From: a virus
Strand: one strand, 5' to 3'
Length of the DNA: 64,000 nucleotides
Virus record (IMG/VR): IMGVR_UViG_3300030419_004788
Coordinates: 32,001-96,000 of that record
A program made the translations under genes and the position numbers. A model generated the notes under the pieces. It was not told the origin of the DNA, ran no database searches, and was given only the letters and a program-made list of their open reading frames with translations. The stretch's first letter is position 1. Each line of letters starts with the position of its first letter. Below are positions 57,801 to 64,000 of the stretch, one piece after another.

Positions 57801-58956
57801 GTTTCCATACAACCGTACACCCTTCACCGTTACAATGTCCAACTAGTCCTTCACCTTTTCCTTTTGGAAGGAGTCCACTGCTAGAAGAACAATGAAACGA
57901 AAATGATTTTACTACTTCTTCATCTTGTTTTAGGAATGGTCTTTTTGACCTTTGACAACAAGAAATTGTTGGTGATGTTCCATCTTCCCTTGCAAATGCT
58001 TCAAAATTATTGATATAGTTTTCATCTCTTTCTGAATCATAATATTCATCATTTCTGAATTCAAAGAATTCTTCTATTTCTTCTTCATCATCTTGTCTTG
58101 CACAATGCAATGCAAAGTTTCTTAATAGTTCTGCCACTTCTTCACCAGATAAAGGCTCTGCATCGTCAACATCTAGACACTTAGTAGTATAATAATTTGA
58201 ATCATTAAAGAATCCTATCTTCTCTTTACATTCTATTGCTCCCGGACTTCCACTGGATTCTCCCATCACAATTAATTTACCACCAGACTTAACCCACTCG
58301 CGAACTTCATCCCAATCACTTTCTGGTGGTGGGACAGTAACAATGTCAGAACCACATAACGGAAATTGGTCTGTGTTTGGATTTTGAGAACCAAAGTTCT
58401 TTCCGATAGCACCAACGAATGCCAATTTATGACAACCAAGATTACCTTCCGCACCAAGAGTACAGTGCATTGTACAATCACCTTTTGGTAATAGTGGTCC
58501 TTCCCAATTGTCTATCCAATCTGTAAATGCTTGTGGTGACCATGGCAAAAGTCCCATAGGAGAATCGTATTGATAGAATGTAGATTTTGGAATAATCTTA
58601 TCATGAAAAGAATACGATTCGTCATTGATGTATTCTGTCCAACAACTATTCCACTCCTCACCACACCCCAACGAATAAAAGTCCCAACCTTCTTCTCCAT
58701 TGTGCCAACACAAATTTCCATAATGTAAATTGTCTGGATGCCCATCACTTTCTTGCAGTCTACCATCCCATTCCTCATCACCTTGATTTCGTGTAGGTTG
58801 ATATGGAGCAAATTCTTCAAAGTCTGTTGCACTAATTGTAGTTGTACCCAATGCACATATGGGACAGTTTGCTCCTCCACCGTTATAACGATATTCGTTA
58901 TCCCACTCTTTACAAGGTTTATCTCCGCAACAGCAACATGTTTTATATGTTCTCAT
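54865..58956 (-). CDS. Giant Cys-rich protein (1363 aa): N-terminal CCCC, GATase1-like/DUF4350-like domain, ~15 GxCC repeats
   Basis: MRTYKTCCCCG, then EVREWVKSGGKLIVMGES...GDGAVVVVYDSNVWG...FWRFMC, then tandem GACC/GVCC/GSCC/GTCC units to the C-terminus. Confidence 0.7.
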   Translation of the reverse strand: MRTYKTCCCCGDKPCKEWDNEYRYNGGGANCPICALGTTTISATDFEEFAPYQPTRNQGDEEWDGRLQESDGHPDNLHYGNLCWHNGEEGWDFYSLGCGEEWNSCWTEYINDESYSFHDKIIPKSTFYQYDSPMGLLPWSPQAFTDWIDNWEGPLLPKGDCTMHCTLGAEGNLGCHKLAFVGAIGKNFGSQNPNTDQFPLCGSDIVTVPPPESDWDEVREWVKSGGKLIVMGESSGSPGAIECKEKIGFFNDSNYYTTKCLDVDDAEPLSGEEVAELLRNFALHCARQDDEEEIEEFFEFRNDEYYDSERDENYINNFEAFAREDGTSPTISCCQRSKRPFLKQDEEVVKSFSFHCSSSSGLLPKGKGEGLVGHCNGEGCTVVWKPNGDGAVVVVYDSNVWGATNSQIPMWWWEQETLHPEIQLDAETLKLRACNSDFWRFMCDDFLDGEMPNYSCTESDSYWDNKAPDNYTSENPCLPTAPCCLPNGECLDDVTVWECFGYEDDNGNRLPGIWWGPEEVHPSGIGSCDLTCADITCDEQDKKLCCSLAEGCSANSLTDPNCCLSEGKGFDGGNLVYKYECCRIAQENGYEPSDVENMWTLSADESDGGNCDACYITGVCCNWPNDGCNNNVRKHLCVKNSGEANFHEDVICEDNENICDPVGACCFEESDECFDELTESDCVSSTGSWRGPDTVCGDGSICEFEVGACCYDEGNCLELTLLACEGSGGYYQGDGVSCQDAECEEPSEGWACCFPYGETCQQCIDTITQQGCDKYEGDWQEGYKCENNPCDTSECEGGACCIGLDAGASPECDNTGEFGCCCVYANSYEECMLKGVGPQDGIATNTFHEGISCDEVDCCGSCCCIDGNQSQCLSSCDMMSNWLCEVYIAGQGQCEGTVVWHSCEDCACGEDCNVDESINCLDFGSCCISECFDKVGKPITCVGQCEDVVSQDDCEDKDENGTKTVYYNQGRLCEDTNCNPGYCCHDDCKDDYCCKDCSFENECLDDLLGISWNEYDCLADDYPDPTCYDTNNSICDPDQTGACCIDVDEFCSPGPCFGNCGDGYTEDDCIKNYSGVFLGVGSVCDTGGFAQYQCVYPKGTCCNQDATSMTACEIQGIPNPCRGCECIGDFWCVEPYCDAVDDGYWLPYIPDNQSCCEYCNFDCDVDIGACCLDNCGHCMEIGLLQCQLLGGDFQGSGTSCSDFCTWRGACCWQQSNDDYIRCTDYLTQAECQNQSDIDDGWMWWPAWRGPCVSCAQVPCMINCCGVYCGDCFVQEFSGEVCLNECAGSDGDWSWYNPDDSTWGQCGDFYWEQKNGCGWSPLVGLTDDDDYDEPSNGERDCRQECIDAGCECNCLNTRNGIVCL

Positions 58957-58972
58957 AATATAAGTATACTAA

Positions 58973-61144
58973 TTAAGAAAGACACCCGCACAATCCATCG
59001 TGTGCATTTGGAACATCGAAGAAATATATGTCTTTCGGAATAGTTGGGTCTGGGTCACCCAATGGGTCTTCTTCGTTTGGAGCAATTGTTCCCTTTACAA
59101 CTTCTCCGTCTTCATTTAATTCTCCTAGCATATAATTAGGAATTCTATACATTTGTACAATATGGCGTTGCATGGTCCAAGGTCCATCCATTATATCGTT
59201 CTCGTTACTTTGTAAATCGCATGGGTCGTCCAATATATCAGCATCATCTGCAACTTGAAAATATCCACCTACTGGCATCATTTGATATGATTCGGGATAA
59301 TCATTATATTCTAAATCAGCAACATTAATACCAGGACCAACATTAACATTAGTACCGTCTGTTGTGTTCATTAATTCGTTTAAGTTATAAGCAGGGTTTG
59401 TCCATTCCTCACCTTCTGGGTTTGCTCCTCTAAATGTTCCTGCTAGACCTTGACCTTCAGGCGGTATAACAATTTTTACTGGTGAACCTTCTGGACTAAT
59501 GTCTGTACCTATATAGTTTTCCTCGTCCACATGGTCACTAGGCCATATCTCAACTTCTCTCCAAGAATATTCGTAGATTCCGCCCCTGTCATCTGGTGTA
59601 ACCTTTTTTGCATCTTCAATAACTGCAAGAAACACAAAAGGTTTAATAGTTTGTTTATCACAACAAATCGAGTGTCTGTACACATTAAACTTTTCTTTAA
59701 GGTTTATTAATTGTAAATGTTCTTTAAAGTTTTCAGATGTTGGGACTTTAACATCTTCTTGAATAGTTTTTATTATTTTACCCTCAAGGTTTGTTTGGTC
59801 GAACATTGTTTGCCAAAGAATATCATTTCTTTTTCCTTGTTTTCCTTCTAGTGCGGCAGAACCGAGAAAATCATAAGACTTATCCCCGTAGTAATTATAT
59901 GGAGAATCAAAATATCCATACAGCCCAGTATGGTCATGTTTCCTCACTGACTTTCTTTCTATGTTTACTGGATTGTCAATGTTTATAGAAGTGTCCACAC
60001 TTTCAGGTATAATTTTAAATCTTTCAACTCGTCCACCGTCCTCATTGTCCCCCCAATTTTCTTCTACATCTCGATGGTAATCATATGTAATAATTTCTCT
60101 ACCACCCCAATCAGTTGATAGCGGATGCGTATGCATTGTAGTGAAATCTAAATAATCAAAATATGGGTCATTATAATTTGGTTTAATTCTTTCATAATAT
60201 GCTGTATATGCACCACTCTTAAAAAGATTCAAATGGTCATATTCACTGATAGTTATCATTGCACCAATTCTTCTGTCGGGTTCTCCTTCTTGCATTTTTT
60301 CCCAATCTTCTTCATCAGTAATTGCATATTCATTTTTTCCGCCATGGTCCCCACCAAGTAATACACCCTTTTCGTTAGCATCTAAAATCATTTTCCTAAT
60401 AGACTTAAAATGCCATCCATCTAAATCCGCATAGAATAAATAATTTGCACCTTTCATGTCTTCATCAATGGAATTTTCTGAAAGGTTATTGAGAAGTTGC
60501 ATAAGATTTGGTGGATGAACATCCTTACCCCAAGGATACATACTTTGATTCTTTTTCAACCATATCCAGTTGTGTGTAGGGTCGATTTCCATTTCCTTTT
60601 GGGCAAAACTAAAATCACTTACTCCAGGATTTAAATATTTCCCTGCTAACTCATTTACTAAACCATCATCGCCAGCAATTTTACCAATAAAATCTTTATC
60701 CATATAATCTAGATTATCCCAATCTAAGATATAACTTTCACAAGATACAAATTCCACTTCCCATCCTGCTCCAGGTCTAGCACTTGGTCCAGATGTTGCT
60801 TCTAATGCATCATCACCAAGTGGTCTTACATCATTCACACAAAAAGTTAATTCATGTCTTGAATCTTCTATCAGTGGAGATTCTATCACAATGTCAATAA
60901 ATTCGTTACCTGTCATGTTGAAATAGTCACCAACAGAAGAAGGTTCTTTGAATTTTAAAGTTCCACTTATACCACTCGAAAATATACTTTCATTTATCTG
61001 TAGACTGACAAAGATTTCTTCCATCACACCATCTTGTACTTCAGCGGGTAAAACTTTAAGTTCTGTTTCACTTCTTACATTTCGTAAAACTATCTTTTCG
61101 ACATTAATATCTGATGATGTTTGTTTTTCGTTGTCTGGGGGCAT
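58973..61144 (-). CDS. Baseplate hub gp27-like N-terminal part, fused to an unrelated C-terminal domain
   Basis: INVEKIVL, VSLQINESIFSSGISGTLKF, GNEFIDIVIESP, NLMQLLNNL, YLFYADLDGWHFKSIRKM. Lacks the usual hub C-terminus and ends instead with IYEYSWREVE...PAYNLNE...YFFDVPNAHDGLCGC. Confidence 0.7.
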   Translation of the reverse strand: MPPDNEKQTSSDINVEKIVLRNVRSETELKVLPAEVQDGVMEEIFVSLQINESIFSSGISGTLKFKEPSSVGDYFNMTGNEFIDIVIESPLIEDSRHELTFCVNDVRPLGDDALEATSGPSARPGAGWEVEFVSCESYILDWDNLDYMDKDFIGKIAGDDGLVNELAGKYLNPGVSDFSFAQKEMEIDPTHNWIWLKKNQSMYPWGKDVHPPNLMQLLNNLSENSIDEDMKGANYLFYADLDGWHFKSIRKMILDANEKGVLLGGDHGGKNEYAITDEEDWEKMQEGEPDRRIGAMITISEYDHLNLFKSGAYTAYYERIKPNYNDPYFDYLDFTTMHTHPLSTDWGGREIITYDYHRDVEENWGDNEDGGRVERFKIIPESVDTSINIDNPVNIERKSVRKHDHTGLYGYFDSPYNYYGDKSYDFLGSAALEGKQGKRNDILWQTMFDQTNLEGKIIKTIQEDVKVPTSENFKEHLQLINLKEKFNVYRHSICCDKQTIKPFVFLAVIEDAKKVTPDDRGGIYEYSWREVEIWPSDHVDEENYIGTDISPEGSPVKIVIPPEGQGLAGTFRGANPEGEEWTNPAYNLNELMNTTDGTNVNVGPGINVADLEYNDYPESYQMMPVGGYFQVADDADILDDPCDLQSNENDIMDGPWTMQRHIVQMYRIPNYMLGELNEDGEVVKGTIAPNEEDPLGDPDPTIPKDIYFFDVPNAHDGLCGCLS

Positions 61145-61166
61145 TGCTATTCACCTTTAATAATCA

Positions 61167-62171
61167 TTACGAGTAAGTTATAATTTTGGTAGTACCTCTA
61201 GGAACATTTCCTTTTAATAGTGTGGTTATTTCTGAGGATACTTGTCCTGCTAAGTTTGGAGATAATAGTTTAATTGTTCTACTTCTATCATTATCATATA
61301 CAATTTCTTCTTCAACGGTAACTATAGAAACTGCTTCTGGTAATGATGCTCCTGTCATATATTTATAGAGTAAAGTTCCAGTCAAGCCACACATATTACG
61401 GAATTGAAAATAATCAGCAGTTAGTCCATCATTGGTATAGGGATTTAAATCATTTACTAATTCTCCAGTTCTGTATGAAAATCTAGAAACTGCTTCTTTG
61501 ATAGAAGTTTTCTTTTGTACCTTTGCAAATGTTGCACCTGCGGTTGCACACAATGGAGCGGCATCTGAATCAGGAGCAGTAAATACAGTACAACCTGTAG
61601 CAGTCACATTTTGTCTAAAGCATCCTGTTTCACCAAATCCTTCTGTTAATGGGTTTGTCCACTGTCCTTGTCCGTCTAATCCAAATGCACATATTTCATC
61701 TCCTGTAGAAATAGTTCCTTTCTTTTGTTTCACATCTATCCTATGAAAAATTTTATCATATGAGTCTACTACTCCAAAATGGTCTATATCAATCCCTCCA
61801 GTTTTAGTTGTATCTCTTTTGACTACTATATCTCCAGGACCGATGACTAAATCTTCTAATACAAAATAACTATCTCCATTTAAAAAGTTATTAAATAATG
61901 ATTTTATTTGAGATTGAGATTTAGGCCATTCTGTTTGTACATCAACTATATTATTTGACAATAAAACTAACCACCAATAATTTGAACTCCCATAAAAAAT
62001 TCTTGCAACATCATCTGGTCTTGCTCCTTCTGGAACTAAAAACTCCTCAAAGTTTTTAGCATCTGCAAGGGTTTTATCTGTAAATTTTACCCTACTAAAT
62101 ATGTCCTGCATTTCCAATTCTGGAATACCAGGAAAATTGTAATTTAACTGTTGCATCTTTTCAAAATACAT
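61167..62171 (-). CDS. gp53: Baseplate wedge protein gp53 (LysM-like) with internal insertion; start refined to the ATG at 62171
   Basis: MYFEKMQQLNY, VPEGARPDDVARIFYGSSNYWWLVLLSNNIVD...EWP and C-terminal EEEIVYDNDRSRTIKLL. Confidence 0.8.
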   Translation of the reverse strand: MYFEKMQQLNYNFPGIPELEMQDIFSRVKFTDKTLADAKNFEEFLVPEGARPDDVARIFYGSSNYWWLVLLSNNIVDVQTEWPKSQSQIKSLFNNFLNGDSYFVLEDLVIGPGDIVVKRDTTKTGGIDIDHFGVVDSYDKIFHRIDVKQKKGTISTGDEICAFGLDGQGQWTNPLTEGFGETGCFRQNVTATGCTVFTAPDSDAAPLCATAGATFAKVQKKTSIKEAVSRFSYRTGELVNDLNPYTNDGLTADYFQFRNMCGLTGTLLYKYMTGASLPEAVSIVTVEEEIVYDNDRSRTIKLLSPNLAGQVSSEITTLLKGNVPRGTTKIITYS

Positions 62172-62173
62172 TA

Positions 62174-62992
62174 TTAATCTCCACCTCTGGCAGCACCACT
62201 TCGCAACTGACTTCTTGATTGTATAAATGCTCCAGTATTGATTGCTGGTTCTAGTTCTTGGAATTGCAAGGTAAGTCCTGTAGCGGCAGGCCATCCACCA
62301 GAAACTCTATGTAATGAACCTTGTGCTGTAGTAACTTTTACATTTGCTAATACACTTGGTAATGGCTCCATGTCCCATCTGACTCCTTGACCTTCTGAAA
62401 AGTCAAAAGCAGAAATGTGCCACACAGGAGGATGAATAACTCTTGAGTATTGTTCATATCCAGATGCCATAGGAAATGCTAATGCTTGAAATGCCATGAC
62501 AATATCATGAATCTTTTGTCCTTGTTCAGAATTTTTTGGTATCAGTGTCCAAGAATAACTATGATTTCTAAAGTTCGCACCTTGAAATATACTATCTCTT
62601 TCATCCATTGGTCTTTGTCCATAAAGAGCAGAAAACCCTAACATATCCTTTGCCCAAGAAACAGCACCAAATCCAGTTTTAAGTGATTCCCACCAACCAC
62701 CAGGCGTCATGTCCCACAAACCACCAGTAGTTTCCGATTGTCCAGTACCATAATTTATTGCATTGTCCACTCCAACATTTAAAGGCAAAGGTAAAGTTAT
62801 ATCAGCAAATTTACCAACACCAGCATTTTCTCTAATTGCTTGTTTGTTTGTATATGGGTCTGCCAAAAAATTAATACTTACTGGAATTTTTAATCCATTA
62901 TTTGAGGGGTCTGCGCCAAAATCTTCTTCACTTGGAAATGTTAATTCTCCGTGACTAAAATCCGTTCCCATACCATGAAATTCTTCTGCCAT
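62174..62992 (-). CDS. gp48: Baseplate tail-tube cap gp48
   Basis: ITLPLPLNV.VDNAINY, FQGANFRNHSYSWTLIPKNSEQGQKIHDIV..F, HPPVW and LTLQFQELEP. Directly upstream of gp53. Confidence 0.78.
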   Translation of the reverse strand: MAEEFHGMGTDFSHGELTFPSEEDFGADPSNNGLKIPVSINFLADPYTNKQAIRENAGVGKFADITLPLPLNVGVDNAINYGTGQSETTGGLWDMTPGGWWESLKTGFGAVSWAKDMLGFSALYGQRPMDERDSIFQGANFRNHSYSWTLIPKNSEQGQKIHDIVMAFQALAFPMASGYEQYSRVIHPPVWHISAFDFSEGQGVRWDMEPLPSVLANVKVTTAQGSLHRVSGGWPAATGLTLQFQELEPAINTGAFIQSRSQLRSGAARGGD

Positions 62993-63039
62993 GCTAATGC
63001 TCTCCTGTATAATATATATCTAAAGAAAAGATATAATAT

Positions 63040-63474
63040 ATGGCATATAAAACAAAATATAAAACAATAAATCCATCAAAATATATAGGAAACCCAACAA
63101 ACATAATATGCCGCTCTCTGTGGGAAAGGAGAGTGTGTAAATACCTAGACTATAACAAAAATGTTATTAGGTGGGGCAGTGAAGAAGTAATAATCCCATA
63201 TTATTCTCCAGTGGACAAGAAGAATCATAGATACTTTCCAGATTTCATCGCAGAAATAAAAACCAATGATGGTGATATAAAAACCTATATCATAGAGGTT
63301 AAACCCAAAAAGCAAACTATCCCACCACCAAAGAAAAAGAAATCAACTAGGTCATATATTAAAGAATGTTTAACCTATAGTGTAAACGAAGCAAAATGGA
63401 AATCTGCTAAAAAATATTGTAAACAAAAAGGCTGGAATTTTATTATTTTGACAGAAGATACCATATTACCTTAA
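63040..63474 (+). CDS. gp4: Head completion nuclease gp4 (TnsA-like fold)
   Basis: MAYKTKYK.INPSKYIGNP, CRSLWERRVCKYLD, WGSEEVIIPYYSPVD...RYFPDF, IEVKPKKQT and VNEAKWKSA. Confidence 0.9.
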   Translation: MAYKTKYKTINPSKYIGNPTNIICRSLWERRVCKYLDYNKNVIRWGSEEVIIPYYSPVDKKNHRYFPDFIAEIKTNDGDIKTYIIEVKPKKQTIPPPKKKKSTRSYIKECLTYSVNEAKWKSAKKYCKQKGWNFIILTEDTILP

Positions 63475-63480
63475 ATTTGT

Positions 63481-63488
63481 TATAAATA
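63481..63488 (+). promoter_or_regulatory. T4-type late promoter TATAAATA
   Basis: Exact motif 18 nt upstream of the ATG at 63507. Confidence 0.8.
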
Positions 63489-63506
63489 TTATAGAGAAAA
63501 ATAAAC

Positions 63507-64000
63507 ATGGCAAACGAAGCATCAATAGATTATTTCAAAGAAAACTTTCTTAAATACGGATTAGCAAAACCCTCTAGATATAGGGTTGAATTTGCTAATG
63601 TGCAAGATGGTGGTCGTTCTCAATCAAGGCAGGATATTATGCCGGCAGAAACAGTCACCCTACCCACAAGAAGTTTTATTGTACTTGATGAACAATGGTT
63701 TGGTCCAAAAAGAGATATTCCTGTTGGTAACAATTATGCTGGAGATGTAGTTATTTCGTTTCCTGTATCTGCTGACCAAACAGAAAGAACATTCTTTGAG
63801 GGTTGGATGGACGAAATAGTTCCACCGCATATGGGGGTAGCAGGTGGTGATGGTGAACAACATAATTGGTTGAGTACCATTGCAAGCAGTACAACTATGA
63901 AGATAAAAACACTCAATGAATTAAATGAAGTAACTTCAACCTACACCCTACACGAAGCCTACCCCAACAATATATTTCCTATATCGTTGGGAGCAAGTAT
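63507..64000 (+). CDS. gp19/gp54-family tail tube initiator, truncated by the window end (absent from the ORF track)
   Basis: Manual translation: MANEASIDYFKENFLKYGLAKPSRYRVEF...AETVTLPTRSF...FGPKRDIPVG...ERTFFEGWMDEI...YTLHEAYPNNIFPISLGAS. Open to the end of the window. Confidence 0.8.
   Translation, partial: MANEASIDYFKENFLKYGLAKPSRYRVEFANVQDGGRSQSRQDIMPAETVTLPTRSFIVLDEQWFGPKRDIPVGNNYAGDVVISFPVSADQTERTFFEGWMDEIVPPHMGVAGGDGEQHNWLSTIASSTTMKIKTLNELNEVTSTYTLHEAYPNNIFPISLGAS

Noticed and set aside
26500-58900. Numerous plus-strand ORFs of 60-220 aa (e.g. 56142-56801, 28078-28617, 32668-33189, 55362-55883) rich in His, Asn, Gln, Thr and Ile
   Set aside because: They are antisense shadows of the Cys/Gly-rich minus-strand genes (TGT/GGT codons read as ACA/ACC). 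They have no SD, promoter or recognisable motif.
26458-58956. Eukaryotic or giant-virus origin of the window, suggested by the extracellular-like Cys-rich proteins
   Set aside because: The genes are embedded in a complete T4-like head-tail-baseplate module with SD sites and T4 late promoters, and no signal peptides or introns are evident.
61360-61367. TATAAATA inside gp53
   Set aside because: It lies within coding sequence about 215 nt from the next start. It could be a chance match in AT-rich DNA, so it is not reported as a promoter.
62172-62294. Longer N-terminus of gp53 given by the ORF track
   Set aside because: It overlaps gp48. The MYF start at 62171 matches gp53 family starts and follows the gp48 stop by 2 nt.
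1-64000. tRNA, rRNA, introns, inteins, homing endonucleases or stop-codon reassignment
   Set aside because: Intergenic gaps are short and AT-rich with no cloverleaf. Core genes (gp17, gp20, gp23, gp46, uvsW) are uninterrupted, of normal length and intact under the standard code.

Overview
The window is a 64 kb segment of a lytic T4-like myophage genome. Its gene order matches marine cyanophage/pelagiphage-type T4-like phages, but the proteins are divergent. Almost all genes are on the minus strand. In transcription order (right to left) they are: baseplate gp48, gp53 and a gp27-like hub that appears split into two genes around a giant Cys-rich gene; gp25, gp6, gp7 and gp8; three tail-fibre-like genes; five very large collagen-like/cysteine-repeat ('GACC') proteins filling the slot of T4 gp9-gp12/wac; neck gp13/14/15; terminase gp16/17; a short sheath gp18; gp19; portal gp20; gp67/68-like core proteins; gp21, gp22, gp23, gp3, uvsY, uvsW, gp55 and gp47; a pyrimidine-dimer glycosylase; gp46; an SPPY-type DNA methyltransferase; and a thioredoxin-glutamine synthetase II fusion. 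gp4 and a partial gp19/gp54-family gene run divergently on the plus strand. T4 late promoters (TATAAATA and variants), sigma70-type promoters and a cUUCGg terminator are visible. The most unusual feature is about 23 kb encoding six modular proteins of 570-1920 aa. They are built from ~40-45 aa cysteine repeats and carry vWA, DUF1566/Lcl-like and GATase1-like modules. These look like disulfide- or metal-stabilised virion appendages, evolving by gene duplication and repeat expansion. All family assignments come from motif recognition by eye; no database searches were run.
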